A program made the translations under genes and the position numbers. A stretch of DNA of 64,000 nucleotides from an uncultured Eubacteriales bacterium (lineage in GTDB: Bacteria; Bacillota; Clostridia; Oscillospirales; CAG-272), in assembly GCA_900546695.1 (NCBI GenBank), contig URDX01000002.1, forward strand, positions 4,100-68,099, in the 5' to 3' direction. Below are positions 51,529 through 61,851 of the stretch, piece by piece. Position 1 is the first letter of the stretch. Every line of letters starts with the position of its first letter. The notes below the pieces were generated by a model. That model worked only from the letters and a program-made list of their open reading frames with translations, did no database searches and was not told the origin of the DNA.

Positions 51529-52443
51529 TCAGACGGATTCCGCCGCGGACGCTGCTGCTGCGCTTTTGCGTTTTAAGCGGATATTCATCAGCACTATGGC
51601 AGAGAGTATCAGCGCGATGCCGATGAGCTTTGCGGGGTTTACGCTCTCGCGGAAAACAAATATTCCGATAAGGCAGCCGACAAGCGGCTCGACCGCGACA
51701 AGCACGCCCGCGACCGATGCGTCGGTATGCCCGAGCCCGATGGTGTAAAACAGATACGGGAGCAGACCGTTGAACAGTGCCAGACCGAGCTCCATGGGGA
51801 TAACTATCGGGTCTGCCGCCGTTTTTTCGATGACGGCGATGGGGTTCGTCATGAACAGAAAGCCGACTGTGCCGAGCAGAAAGGTGTAAAACGTGACGGT
51901 GAGCGAGCTGTATCTGCGCAGCGCATAAACGCCGAATATCGAATAAAGCGAGTAGAACAGCCCCGCTCCGATGCCTGTCAGAAGGTCGAGCGGTCCGAGC
52001 GCGCTCCCGCTGCCGAGCATCCCCGAGACGAGCGCAACGCCCGCGACGGTCAGCACTATTGCGGCTATTTTCTGCGCCGTTATCCGCTCTCGGAAGAGCA
52101 CGGCGGAGAAGAGCATGACAAAGACGGGAGAGGTATAGAGCAGCGATGCGGCGATGCCCGCCTCAACGTTTATGACGGTGGTAAAGTAGCAGTAGCTGAA
52201 CAGCGTTACGCTGATGATGCCCGTGCCGACGAACATCCACATGTCGCGCAGACGCACGCGCAGCAGCGAGCGGTCGCGGATGAGTATGATTATCAGCAGC
52301 ATTACCGTGCACAGGCTTATTCGGATAAGGCCTATCTCCTTGGAGTCAAAGCCGCGGTCGGACAGCGCGGAGACGAACAGGCTCAGACAGCCCCACAGCG
52401 CACCTGCAAGGATAAGAAAAAGGGTGGATATTTTTTTTGACAA
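51529..52443 (-). CDS. EamA/DMT-family transporter
   Basis: 10-TM, two-EamA-repeat layout. The likely start is TTG at 52443, 8 nt after GGAAGGAG. The ORF-track extension to 52626 translates the promoter repeats. Confidence 0.8.
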   Translation of the reverse strand: MSKKISTLFLILAGALWGCLSLFVSALSDRGFDSKEIGLIRISLCTVMLLIIILIRDRSLLRVRLRDMWMFVGTGIISVTLFSYCYFTTVINVEAGIAASLLYTSPVFVMLFSAVLFRERITAQKIAAIVLTVAGVALVSGMLGSGSALGPLDLLTGIGAGLFYSLYSIFGVYALRRYSSLTVTFYTFLLGTVGFLFMTNPIAVIEKTAADPIVIPMELGLALFNGLLPYLFYTIGLGHTDASVAGVLVAVEPLVGCLIGIFVFRESVNPAKLIGIALILSAIVLMNIRLKRKSAAAASAAESV

Positions 52444-52478
52444 CGGACGATCTCCTTCCGTGCATAAAGGATTTCGGC

Positions 52479-52549
52479 GCGGTGACGCGTAAACAAGAAT
52501 TATTATATCATTTAGTAGCGGTGACGCGCAAACAAGAATTATTATATCA
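52479..52549. repeat. Tandem duplication (2 x 32 bp, 39-bp period) in the EamA promoter/leader
   Basis: gcggtgacgcg(t/c)aaacaagaattattatatca occurs at 52479-52510 and 52518-52549. On the minus strand each copy carries TGATATAAT. Confidence 0.8.
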
Positions 52550-52568
52550 CGCAATTTTCGGTTGTCAA
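52541..52568 (-). promoter_or_regulatory. EamA promoter (TTGACA-16 nt-TGaTATAAT on the minus strand)
   Basis: -35 is the reverse complement of 52563-52568; -10 is the reverse complement of 52541-52546. A second -10-only copy lies at 52502-52507. Confidence 0.55.
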
Positions 52569-52639
52569 TAATTAAATTATCCGCGCCGCACGGGCTGTTG
52601 CGATAATACCGCGCGGATAAAATCAACCGTCCCGGCTTG

Positions 52640-52849
52640 GAAGAGATAAAAAAGATGCAGAAGCGTCGAAAACCGCCTCGTCGCCGTACAAGTGTACGGC
52701 AGAGACGGTTTTCGGCGGCAGAAAAAACGGATAATCATTCCTTCGGAGAAATCCGATAGGATTTCATCAGCTTTCTCTGTATTTATGCTGAATATCAGCT
52801 TAATAATTTCTCTTATCCGTTTTTTCGGTCTGCGCTTTTTTAGCCTTCC
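52640..52849 (+). repeat. Copy C of the dispersed structured repeat family
   Basis: Same head (gagataaaaaagatgcagaagcgtcgaaaaccgcc...), same hairpins and same tail (...ttcggtctgcgcttttttagccttcc) as copy B. It ends 6 nt from the stop of the 52855..54435 gene. Confidence 0.8.
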
Positions 52850-52854
52850 AAGAC

Positions 52855-54435
52855 TTACTTCTGCTCGATGTGTTCTATGGTACGCTTAACGCAGTCGGAA
52901 ATCTTGACCGTGCCGACCTCAAATATAGAGGTCTCGAGCTTATCGTTATAGCGCTTGCCCCAGTACTCGGGAATGCTTTCGAGTCCGTTTGCCATACCGA
53001 GGATAGAGCCGACGGTTGCGCCGTTGCAATCGGTGTCAAAGCCGGTCTGAACGGCGAGGCAGATTGAGCGGCTGTAGTCACCGCTGCCGTAGAGCAGGCT
53101 TGCGGTAACGACCATCGCATTCGAGAGGGTGTGGCACCAGCCGTGCTCGGTGTACTCGTCATACTCGTCGTGAATGAGCTTGTAAGCCTCCTCCTCGGGC
53201 ATGCCGTTCTTGTAGTTTTCGAGCACGCGCGTGACCGCTTCATAGAAGCGTGAGCTGTACGGGATCTGAGCGAGACCGCCGAGGATGATATCCTCGATAT
53301 TGTCGGTCACCGCTGCGACAGCAAGTGCGGCTGCGACGAACATCTCACCGTAGATACCGTTCTTGACGTGTGAGATGCACGCATCGCGGTATGCCATCTC
53401 GGCTGCCTTTTCGGGGTCGCCGGGGTTGATATAGCCGAAGTAGTCGCCTCTTATCTGCGCGCCGATCCACTCGCGGAAGGGGTTCTTGTAGATGGCGGAT
53501 TCGGGCGGCAGAAAGCCTGCAACAAAGTTATGATATGCTACGCGCTCTGCGGTGCAGTACATGCACTTGCCCTGACTGTCGAGCCATAGCCATGTAACGT
53601 CGCGCGAGCAGAAGTCTCTCGAGTACTTGTCGATGAGCTTCTGGCCGAGAACGACGTAGTTCAGGTCGTCGTCGCAGATCATGTAGTCGAGCGTATCCGC
53701 GTAGAAGCGCTGCGCGAAGGGATACTCGTACTTCTTGCATATCCCGTCGTTTATATCCGACTTATAGATATAGCGCTTCATGGGGTAGTTGCCCGTCTCG
53801 GTGAGGAAGGGAATAAGCTCGTTTGTCTTGATGCCCTCGATGGTTCTGCCGAGCATGCAGCCGCATATTCTGCCCATCCATGCGCCGTGAACCTTGGTTT
53901 CGAGACGCGACTTGTCGACTGTGCCCTTTATCTCGTGCGGACGGCGGAGCAGCTTTATTTCTTCAAGGTCGGACGGCTCGATGTACTTGTAATCGCTGCG
54001 CTGCGGGCAGTTCATTACTATGGTGTAGAGAACGTCGCAGAGCTTTTCCTTCATCTTGCCGTGCGGCAGGTTCGAGATGGACTGAAAAACGTCCTTGTAG
54101 GGCTCGATATCCTTGCCCTCCTCGTATGACTGCATATACTCGGTCATGATGTAGCTCGAGTATGACTCGTATGAGTTAAGATTCTCGAGCGGAGGCTCGA
54201 TGGACTTTATAGATGAGCCCTCGGAGGTGCGGTTGCTGCTGCCGACAACGAGCGCGTCGAGCGAGATGTTGAACTTCTTCGACATCTGAATGAGCTTTCC
54301 GAGCTCGGGCATCGTCTCGCCGCTCTCCCATTTCTGCACCGACTGTTTTGTAACCTCAAAGAGCGTCGCAAACTGCTCCTGAGACATTTTCAGGCTTGTG
54401 CGGAGCTTTGTAATTCTGCTGCTGATGTTGTTCAT
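52855..54435 (-). CDS. XRE-type HTH domain fused to an ADP-ribosylglycohydrolase-family domain
   Basis: N-terminus MSQEQFATLFEVTKQSVQKWESGETMPEL is an HTH. The C-terminal ~350 aa carry GAWMGRICGCMLGRTIEG, MICDDDLNY and TGFDTDCNGATVGSILG, which are ARH-family motifs. Confidence 0.75.
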   Translation of the reverse strand: MNNISSRITKLRTSLKMSQEQFATLFEVTKQSVQKWESGETMPELGKLIQMSKKFNISLDALVVGSSNRTSEGSSIKSIEPPLENLNSYESYSSYIMTEYMQSYEEGKDIEPYKDVFQSISNLPHGKMKEKLCDVLYTIVMNCPQRSDYKYIEPSDLEEIKLLRRPHEIKGTVDKSRLETKVHGAWMGRICGCMLGRTIEGIKTNELIPFLTETGNYPMKRYIYKSDINDGICKKYEYPFAQRFYADTLDYMICDDDLNYVVLGQKLIDKYSRDFCSRDVTWLWLDSQGKCMYCTAERVAYHNFVAGFLPPESAIYKNPFREWIGAQIRGDYFGYINPGDPEKAAEMAYRDACISHVKNGIYGEMFVAAALAVAAVTDNIEDIILGGLAQIPYSSRFYEAVTRVLENYKNGMPEEEAYKLIHDEYDEYTEHGWCHTLSNAMVVTASLLYGSGDYSRSICLAVQTGFDTDCNGATVGSILGMANGLESIPEYWGKRYNDKLETSIFEVGTVKISDCVKRTIEHIEQK

Positions 54436-54562
54436 TTTGTATCTCCTTTAAAAAATGTGTCCTGTTTATGTGCTGCGGCTGCCGCTGTGTTCCCGCGCAT
54501 TCATGCTTCTGCCGATGTGCGCCGAATATTCGCGGCGTGTGCATAACCGTGCATGTTGCCGC

Positions 54563-55456
54563 TCAGCCCTCCGATGCGATGCGCGCCTCTACCTCTGCGA
54601 GCGTCGGTATCGAGTTTGCCGCACCCATCGTTTCGGTAGCCATAGCTGACGCTGCGGAAGCATAACGCATAGCCTCTGCGGGTGCCCTGCCGCGGCTTAT
54701 CGCTGCCGCAAAATAGCCCGTGAAGGTGTCGCCCGCACCTGTTGTGTCGACGGGCTTTGCATCATACGGTGCCTGGTCTACGCTCACGGTGCCGTCGCGG
54801 TAGATGCTGCCGTGACTGCCGAGCGTGAGCACAAGAGCGGTGTTCGGGTAGCGCCGTGCAAAGACCTGCGCTATCCGCTCGGGCTGCTGCTCGTCGGTCA
54901 GCGCCTGACCCTCGCTGCGGTTTACGATGACATAGCTGCACAGACCTACGCAATCGCGGTCGACCGCCTCGTTCATCGGCGACGGATTCCACAAAACGCG
55001 CAGCCCGCGCGCGGATGCTGTCTTTATTATGTAGGCGGTGCACGGTGTCTCATTCTGCAGCATGCAGAGGTCGCCCGCCGAGAAGCGGTCAAGCACCTCA
55101 TCTATCTGCGCTTCGTCAAGCATGGCATTTGCGCCCGCGTAGACGATTATGCAGTTCTCGCCCGTGCTGTCGACCTGTATCATCGCGTGTCCCGTGCGCA
55201 CGTCGCGCTGACGCAGATGCTCGGTGTCCGCGCCGCTCTGTGCAAGCAGCTCGCGCAGCCATTCGCCGTCCTCACCGATGTTTCCCGCATGGTATATCTC
55301 GCCGCCCGCGCGCGCCGTAGCTATCGACTGATTCAGGCCCTTGCCGCCCGCGTGTGTAGACAGCGCGGCTGCCGAAACTGTCTCGCCCGGCTGAACGATG
55401 CGGTCAAGCTCGTAGACGTAATCTATATTGCATGAGCCGAAGTTCAAAACTTTCAT
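54563..55456 (-). CDS. rbsK: Ribokinase
   Basis: GGKGLNQS and DTTGAGDTFTG are PfkB-family signatures. The layout is ribokinase-like. Confidence 0.85.
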   Translation of the reverse strand: MKVLNFGSCNIDYVYELDRIVQPGETVSAAALSTHAGGKGLNQSIATARAGGEIYHAGNIGEDGEWLRELLAQSGADTEHLRQRDVRTGHAMIQVDSTGENCIIVYAGANAMLDEAQIDEVLDRFSAGDLCMLQNETPCTAYIIKTASARGLRVLWNPSPMNEAVDRDCVGLCSYVIVNRSEGQALTDEQQPERIAQVFARRYPNTALVLTLGSHGSIYRDGTVSVDQAPYDAKPVDTTGAGDTFTGYFAAAISRGRAPAEAMRYASAASAMATETMGAANSIPTLAEVEARIASEG

Positions 55457-55737
55457 TTTATAATCCTCCCGACAAAATTATATCCCCAAATAATGAACAC
55501 TTCAAGCACCTCGTGATTGACTTTTTGACAACCGCAGGTTGCCGGACGCCCCGTGCACACGCAAACAGCCTTTTTTGAGCTACGCATACAGCCGTTTGAG
55601 CTCTGTAGAGGGTCGTTTTTGTGCCTCGTGAGCGGGCGTTTGCTACCTTCTGCGACACAAATCTCGTTATTTTTCGGGTGAAAGCCACGCAGCGGAGGGG
55701 CATAAGAAAAATTAATATCGGATTTTGCCTATTGCTA

Positions 55738-55766
55738 TTGACATGGCCGGCTCGGCATGCTATAAT
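55738..55766 (+). promoter_or_regulatory. pyr operon promoter (consensus TTGACA-17 nt-TATAAT)
   Basis: -35 at 55738-55743; -10 at 55761-55766. Confidence 0.7.
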
Positions 55767-55775
55767 AAACGCGTA

Positions 55776-55810
55776 CTTTAAATTGGTCCGGCGAGGCCAT
55801 CAAGGACAGC
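55776..55810 (+). promoter_or_regulatory. PyrR-binding RNA element (pyr attenuator binding loop)
   Basis: cUUUAAauuGGUCCgGcGAGGCcaucAAGGACagc matches the UUUAA...GUCCAGAGAGGCU...AAGGA pattern of PyrR sites, with GUCC/GGAC closing the stem. Confidence 0.6.
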
Positions 55811-55876
55811 AAATACGAATATCGGCATCTGCGCGGCACAGCTGCGCGTAGGTGTCACCGTGCTATCGTTTTTTGT

Positions 55877-55906
55877 GCTGCTCTCTTGATGGGAGCAGCT
55901 TTTTTG
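55877..55906 (+). terminator. Attenuator terminator of the pyr leader
   Basis: Arms gctgctc(tc) and (gg)gagcagc, followed by tttttt at 55900-55905. It lies 135 nt upstream of pyrC. Confidence 0.65.
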
Positions 55907-56040
55907 CGCTCCGCCGCGGCGGTCGACATGACGATATTGCAGCATGGCAGCATGGCAGCTTGGCTACATGCCGCATGGCAACACGGCAGCATGAAATGAC
56001 CGCCTGAGATATCCGCCCATTGCGGCATCGGAGGTAACTT

Positions 56041-57285
56041 ATGCCCTATACGGTCAACGCAGCAGGAACGCACACCGCGTCGGAGCAATATATAGCAGCC
56101 GACCGTCCCGTGGATAATTGTTTCTTCTCGCGTGAGAAGGTTTCGGAGCTTATTTCCGACAGAGAGAATACCGTTATTTTACCCGGCTTTGTTGATGTAC
56201 ATGTACATCTTCGTGAGCCGGGCTTTTCTTATAAGGAGACGATATATTCGGGCAGCCGTGCATGCGCGCGGGGCGGATATACCGCCGTCTGCGCTATGCC
56301 GAATCTCTCGCCCGTGCCCGACAGCCTACCGCATCTGCGCGAGGAGCTTGACATCATCGGGCGTGATGCGGCGATACGTGTGCTGCCGTACGGCGCGATA
56401 ACGCGCGGCGAGGCGGGCGGTGAGCTGTCGGATATGGAGGCTCTTGCGCCGTATGTCGTGGCGTTTTCGGACGACGGGCGCGGGGTGCAGACCGACGGCA
56501 TTATGCGCGACGCTATGCTGCGCGCCGTCGTGCTCGGAAAGCTGATAGTTGCGCATTGTGAGGACAATTCGCTGCTGCGCGGCGGATACATTCACGACGG
56601 CGAATACGCTCGTGCGCACGGACACCGCGGTATCTGCTCGGAGTCGGAATGGAGGCAGATAGAACGCGATCTCGGGCTCGTCCGCGAGACGGGCTGCGGC
56701 TATCATGTCTGCCACATATCGACCTCGGAGAGCGTCCGACTGATACGCGAGGCAAAGCGCGAGGGGCTGAATGTCACTGCGGAGACCGCGCCGCATTATC
56801 TGCTGCTCGACGAGCGGGACATGCAGGAGGACGGACGGTTCAAGATGAATCCGCCGCTGCGCTCGCCCGCCGACCGCGAGGCACTGCTTGAGGGAATTGC
56901 GGACGGTACGATAGATATGATAGCGACCGACCATGCGCCGCACGCAGCGGAGGAAAAGAACCGCGGGCTCGAGCACAGTGCTATGGGAATAGTCGGAATT
57001 GAGACGGCTTTCCCGCTGCTGTATACTTACCTGGTATGTGAGGGCATAATAAGCACGGAGCGGCTGATCGAGCTGCTGCATACAGCGCCGTGCCGCCGCT
57101 TCGGCATCGACACGGGAGACGATTTTACCGTGTTCGACCTCGGCGCGGAGTATAAGGTCGACCCCGAGAGCTTTATATCAAAGGGGCACAGCACGCCGTT
57201 TGCGGGTCGACGTGTGAAAGGACGTTGCTTACTCACCGTGTCAGACGGAAAGGTCGCTTATCGAGACGCAGGTTGGGGATGCTAA
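56041..57285 (+). CDS. pyrC: Dihydroorotase
   Basis: PGFVDVHVHLREPG is the metal-binding HxH motif; ATDHAPH follows later. 414 aa. Confidence 0.9.
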   Translation: MPYTVNAAGTHTASEQYIAADRPVDNCFFSREKVSELISDRENTVILPGFVDVHVHLREPGFSYKETIYSGSRACARGGYTAVCAMPNLSPVPDSLPHLREELDIIGRDAAIRVLPYGAITRGEAGGELSDMEALAPYVVAFSDDGRGVQTDGIMRDAMLRAVVLGKLIVAHCEDNSLLRGGYIHDGEYARAHGHRGICSESEWRQIERDLGLVRETGCGYHVCHISTSESVRLIREAKREGLNVTAETAPHYLLLDERDMQEDGRFKMNPPLRSPADREALLEGIADGTIDMIATDHAPHAAEEKNRGLEHSAMGIVGIETAFPLLYTYLVCEGIISTERLIELLHTAPCRRFGIDTGDDFTVFDLGAEYKVDPESFISKGHSTPFAGRRVKGRCLLTVSDGKVAYRDAGWGC

Positions 57286-57338
57286 AGGCGGCTGCGCAGG
57301 CGGAGCTTTAACAGCCCCGCAGAAATTAACAGACGAGA

Positions 57339-58088
57339 GTGAATGAAAAAATGAAAAAGGGAATATTCGAGATAACCGAAAATACCGCAGTTGTGCCCGC
57401 CGTGATGCGTATGCGGCTGCGCGGCGACTGCTCGGCGATAACGCGCCCAGGGCAGTTTGTGAACATCGCGCTGGACGGGCTGTATCTGCGCCGACCGATA
57501 TCGGTATGCGACTGCCGCGGCGATGAGCTTACGATAATATATAAGGTAGTCGGGCGCGGCACCGCTCAGATGAGCCGTATGCAGTGCGGCGGGCAGCTTG
57601 ACATACTCAGCGGGCTCGGAAACGGCTACGACCTCTCGCTTTCGGGCGAGCGCCCGCTGCTGCTCGGCGGCGGTGTCGGAGTGCCCCCGCTGTACTGGCT
57701 TGCGCGCTGTCTCCGCGATGAGGGAAAGCATGTCACCGCGGTGCTCGGCTTTAACCGAGCGGACGAGATATTCTACGAGCGCGAGCTGCGCGAGCTCGGC
57801 GCGGAGGTCATTGTGACGACGGTCGACGGCTCGTACGGCATGCGCGGCTTTGTCACCGACGCGATGGCATCGCTCGACTACACCTACTTTTACACCTGCG
57901 GACCCGAGCCGATGCTGCGTGCGGTATACAGCGCGGCAAAAACGGAGGGCGAGCTCAGCTTTGAGCGGCGGATGGGCTGCGGCTTCGGCGCATGCATGGG
58001 CTGCTCCTGCAAAACGATAACGGGAAACAAGCGCATCTGCCGAGAGGGACCTGTCATGAAACGGAGTGATATCATATGGGAAGGCTGA
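57339..58088 (+). CDS. pyrK: Dihydroorotate dehydrogenase B electron-transfer subunit
   Basis: FAD/NAD-binding layout with a C-terminal CGFGACMGCSC...C 2Fe-2S motif. An alternative start is ATG 57351. Confidence 0.85.
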   Translation: MNEKMKKGIFEITENTAVVPAVMRMRLRGDCSAITRPGQFVNIALDGLYLRRPISVCDCRGDELTIIYKVVGRGTAQMSRMQCGGQLDILSGLGNGYDLSLSGERPLLLGGGVGVPPLYWLARCLRDEGKHVTAVLGFNRADEIFYERELRELGAEVIVTTVDGSYGMRGFVTDAMASLDYTYFYTCGPEPMLRAVYSAAKTEGELSFERRMGCGFGACMGCSCKTITGNKRICREGPVMKRSDIIWEG

Positions 58089-58993
58089 ATGTGAATCTGT
58101 GCGGCATCGAGCTCGATAATCCGATAATCCCCGCCTCGGGGACCTTCGGCTACGGCTACGAGTTTGCCGAATACTACGATATAAATTGTCTCGGCAGCTT
58201 CTCCTTCAAGGGAACGACCGCCGAGCCCCGCTTCGGAAATCCCACACCGCGCATAGCCGAGGTGCCGAGCGGGCTGCTGAACGCCGTCGGGCTTCAGAAC
58301 CCTGGTGTTGAGCGGGTGATAAGCGAGGAGCTTCCGCGCCTTGCCCGCTGCTTTCATAAGCCCGTCATGGCGAACGTCAGCGGCTTTTCGATAGACGAGT
58401 ACCGACATGTGTGCGAGCTGCTGGGCAGAGAGGAGCAGGTCGGCTGGCTCGAGGTGAACATCAGCTGCCCGAATGTTCACGGCGGCGGAATGAGCTTCGG
58501 CACCGACCCGCATGCTGCGGAGGCTGTTACACGCGCGGTGCGCGAGGTGACGGACAAGCCGATAATAATGAAGCTCTCACCGAACGTTACCGACATCGCC
58601 GAGATCGCCCGTGCATGCGAGAGCGGCGGTGCTGACGGGATAAGCCTGATAAATACCGCGCTCGGAATGCGGATAGATATCGCCCGCCGCCGTCCGCTGC
58701 TTGCCAATGTCACGGGCGGGCTGTCGGGCAGCGCGCTGCTGCCGATAGCGATAAGGATGGTATATCAGGTCTCGCATGCGGTCTCGGTGCCTGTAGTAGG
58801 GCTCGGCGGTGTGTCGTGTGCGGAGGACGTTATCGAGATGATGCTCGCGGGCGCAACCGCCGTTGAGGTGGGTGCCGCGAATCTTATCGACCCTTACGCC
58901 TGCAAAAACATTATCGAGGCTCTGCCCGCGACAATGGACAAATACGGAATAGAAAACCTTACAGATATTATAGGAGGATGTCACAATGAATAA
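58076..58993 (+). CDS. pyrD: Dihydroorotate dehydrogenase B catalytic subunit
   Basis: NPIIPASGTFGYG, EVNISCPN and GGVS are present. It overlaps the pyrK stop. Confidence 0.9.
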   Translation: MGRLNVNLCGIELDNPIIPASGTFGYGYEFAEYYDINCLGSFSFKGTTAEPRFGNPTPRIAEVPSGLLNAVGLQNPGVERVISEELPRLARCFHKPVMANVSGFSIDEYRHVCELLGREEQVGWLEVNISCPNVHGGGMSFGTDPHAAEAVTRAVREVTDKPIIMKLSPNVTDIAEIARACESGGADGISLINTALGMRIDIARRRPLLANVTGGLSGSALLPIAIRMVYQVSHAVSVPVVGLGGVSCAEDVIEMMLAGATAVEVGAANLIDPYACKNIIEALPATMDKYGIENLTDIIGGCHNE

Positions 58994-59717
58994 GGATGTA
59001 ATTATTGCCTGCGATTTTCCGAGCGCTGCTCAGACGTACGCTTTCCTCGACCTCTTTACCGAGGAAAAGCCGTTCGTCAAGATCGGAATGGAGCTGTTCT
59101 ACTCGGCGGGACCCGATATCGTCCGCGAGATAAAGCGCCGCGGGCACAAGATATTTCTTGATCTCAAGCTGCATGACATCCCCAACACGGTCGGGCGTTC
59201 GATGGCTGTGCTCTCGGGGCTCGATGTCGATATCTGCAATCTTCACGCCGCAGGCGGCAGCGAGATGATGCGCGCAGCGGTAAAGGGGCTGACGCGTGAG
59301 GACGGCAGCAGACCGCTGCTCATAGCGGTAACGATGCTGACCTCGATAGACGAGGAGAGAATGAACGGCGAGCTCGGTATTCCGGGTGCGCTGCCCGACA
59401 CGGTCATGAGGTACGCGCTGTGCGCACGCGACGCGGGACTCGACGGTGTTGTCTGCTCCCCGCTTGAAGCGCAGGCGGTGCACGAGACGTGCGGCGAGAG
59501 CTTTCTTACCGTGACCCCCGGAATACGCTTCTCGGGCGGTGCGGAGGGCGACCAGAAGCGGGTGACCACACCCGCCCGCGCCCGCGAGATAGGCTCGGAT
59601 TACATAGTCGTCGGCAGACCGATAACCGCAGCCGCCGACCCCGTAGAGGCATACCGCCGCTGTGTGCGCGAGTTTATCGGCAGAGCGGCAGCGGATGCAG
59701 CGCGGAACGCGCGGTGA
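58986..59717 (+). CDS. pyrF: Orotidine 5'-phosphate decarboxylase
   Basis: IIACDF, IFLDLKLHDIPNTV and IVVGRPI are present. Confidence 0.9.
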   Translation: MNKDVIIACDFPSAAQTYAFLDLFTEEKPFVKIGMELFYSAGPDIVREIKRRGHKIFLDLKLHDIPNTVGRSMAVLSGLDVDICNLHAAGGSEMMRAAVKGLTREDGSRPLLIAVTMLTSIDEERMNGELGIPGALPDTVMRYALCARDAGLDGVVCSPLEAQAVHETCGESFLTVTPGIRFSGGAEGDQKRVTTPARAREIGSDYIVVGRPITAAADPVEAYRRCVREFIGRAAADAARNAR

Positions 59718-59817
59718 GGGCTGCGCGGTGAGAGCCGTGCGGCAGAGCTTGACAAATACAGTAACAAACAAGGCAATATAAACGGAGTGCGGCGATGCCG
59801 CAAGGAGGAGAAGAGAG

Positions 59818-60477
59818 ATGCAGAAAACAAATCTGACGCAGAGACTGATAGCGACCGATCTTTTGTCGATAGGCGCGGTGTTCTTCCGTCCCGACGAGCC
59901 CTTTACATGGGCGAGCGGAATAAAGAGCCCCGTATACTGCGACAACCGTCTGACCCTGACGGAACCGGTCGTTCGCGGCGACATCGAGAACGGACTTGCC
60001 GCTCTCATCCGCGAAAATTATCCCGATGCAGAGGTGCTGATGGGCACATCCACCGCAGGCATCGCGCATGCAGCTATCACCGCGCATCTGCTCGATCTGC
60101 CGATGGGCTACGTACGCAGCGGCGCAAAGGATCACGGCAGACAGAACCGCATCGAGGGCAAGCTCGAGCGCGGACAGCGCGTTGCGGTCGTTGAGGATCT
60201 TATCTCGACGGGCGGCAGCGTTATCGAGGTAGTCGACGCACTGCGTGAGGCGGGTGCGGAGGTGCTCGGAGTGGTCAGCATCTTCACATACGGAATGCAG
60301 CGCGGGCTCGACCGCCTTGCGGAGGCGAATGTCAAAAACATCTCGCTCACGAACTTCGACGTTATCGCAGAGGTCGCTGCGGAGCTCGGCTACATAAAGC
60401 AGGATGACATCGCGCGGCTCATCGTCTTCCGCAACAACCCGTCCGACGAGAGCTGGATCGGAGGTGCGGACAGATGA
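59818..60477 (+). CDS. pyrE: Orotate phosphoribosyltransferase
   Basis: [14 protein letters not shown] and [13 protein letters not shown] (PRPP-binding loop) are present. Confidence 0.9.
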   Translation: MQKTNLTQRLIATDLLSIGAVFFRPDEPFTWASGIKSPVYCDNRLTLTEPVVRGDIENGLAALIRENYPDAEVLMGTSTAGIAHAAITAHLLDLPMGYVRSGAKDHGRQNRIEGKLERGQRVAVVEDLISTGGSVIEVVDALREAGAEVLGVVSIFTYGMQRGLDRLAEANVKNISLTNFDVIAEVAAELGYIKQDDIARLIVFRNNPSDESWIGGADR

Positions 60478-61391
60478 GAAGCCTTATCGATATAATGGAG
60501 CTGTCCACCGAGGAAATCGACGGACTGATAAACACGGCGCTCGATATTATCGACAAGCCCGAAAAATACAACGAGTGCTGCCGCCACCGCAAGCTTGCAA
60601 CGCTCTTCTTCGAGCCCTCCACCCGTACCCGTCTGAGCTTTGAGGCGGCGATGTACGAGCTCGGCGGCAATGTTCTCGGCTTCTCCGAGGCGGCATCAAG
60701 CTCCGCTTCAAAGGGCGAGAGCGTCGCGGATACCGTGCGCGTAGTCAGCTGCTATGCGGACATCATCGCAATGCGCCATCCAAAGGAGGGTGCGCCGCTC
60801 GTTGCGGTACGCAATGCGACCGTTCCGATAATCAATGCGGGCGACGGCGGACATAACCATCCGACGCAGACGCTCGCAGACCTGCTCACCATCCGCCGCG
60901 AGAAGGGCGGCTTTGAGGGGCTGACGGTCGGACTGTGCGGCGACCTGAAATTCGGACGCACCGTTCATTCGCTTATCCTTGCAATGTCGAGATACAAGGG
61001 CGTAAAATTCGTGCTCATCTCGCCCGAGGAGCTGCGCGTCCCCCGCTACATAATCTCGGAGGTGCTTGAGCGCGGCGGCATCCCGTACGTTGAGACAACG
61101 AGCCTTGATGAGGCAATGCCCAAGCTCGATATCCTCTACATGACCCGCGTACAGAAGGAGCGTTTCTTCAACGAGGCGGACTACATGCGTCTGAAGGACA
61201 GCTACATCCTGACCCCCGAAAAGCTGCGCGGAGCGCGGAGCGACATGTCGGTGCTGCATCCGCTGCCGAGGGTAAACGAGATCTCGGTCGCGGTCGACGA
61301 TGACCCGCGCGCATGCTACTTCAAGCAGGTGCTGTGCGGTAAATACATGCGCATGGCGCTTATTCTCAAGCTTCTGGAGGTACAGATATGA
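60474..61391 (+). CDS. pyrB: Aspartate carbamoyltransferase catalytic subunit
   Basis: [17 protein letters not shown] and HPLPR are present. Confidence 0.95.
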   Translation: MRSLIDIMELSTEEIDGLINTALDIIDKPEKYNECCRHRKLATLFFEPSTRTRLSFEAAMYELGGNVLGFSEAASSSASKGESVADTVRVVSCYADIIAMRHPKEGAPLVAVRNATVPIINAGDGGHNHPTQTLADLLTIRREKGGFEGLTVGLCGDLKFGRTVHSLILAMSRYKGVKFVLISPEELRVPRYIISEVLERGGIPYVETTSLDEAMPKLDILYMTRVQKERFFNEADYMRLKDSYILTPEKLRGARSDMSVLHPLPRVNEISVAVDDDPRACYFKQVLCGKYMRMALILKLLEVQI

Positions 61392-61816
61392 TAATCGGAC
61401 AGATAAGAGACGGAATAGTTCTCGACCACATCACGGCGGGAAACGGCATCAGGATATACGACATTCTCGGACTCGGAAAGCTTGACTGCACCGTTGCGAT
61501 GATAAAGAACGCCGACAGCTCAAAGATGGGCAAGAAGGACATCATCAAGGTAGGACAGGTCATCGACCTTGACTTTGCCGTGCTCGGCTACATAGACCCC
61601 GGTATCACCGTCAACATCATCCGTGACGGAAAGCTGCTCAAGCGCGAGCATCTTTCGCTGCCCGAGCGTGTTACGGGCATAATCAAGTGCAAGAATCCCC
61701 GCTGCATCACCTCCTGTGAGCAGGAGCTTGAGCAGGAGTTCAGACTCACCGACCGCGAGCACAAGGTGTATCGCTGCGTTTACTGCGACAGTGAAGCGCC
61801 GCACGATGCCGAGTGA
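61388..61816 (+). CDS. pyrI: Aspartate carbamoyltransferase regulatory subunit
   Basis: 142 aa, with a C-terminal Zn site CKNPRC...C..C (YRCVYCD). Confidence 0.85.
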   Translation: MIIGQIRDGIVLDHITAGNGIRIYDILGLGKLDCTVAMIKNADSSKMGKKDIIKVGQVIDLDFAVLGYIDPGITVNIIRDGKLLKREHLSLPERVTGIIKCKNPRCITSCEQELEQEFRLTDREHKVYRCVYCDSEAPHDAE

Positions 61817-61851
61817 CCGACCGCAGCAAACCGACAGCAAAAGGAGAAAAA

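Noticed and set aside
51529-52626. Full 365-aa ORF as the EamA transporter
   Set aside because: The first ~60 residues translate the duplicated promoter block. TTG 52443 with a GGAAGGAG SD gives the standard ~300-aa DMT length.
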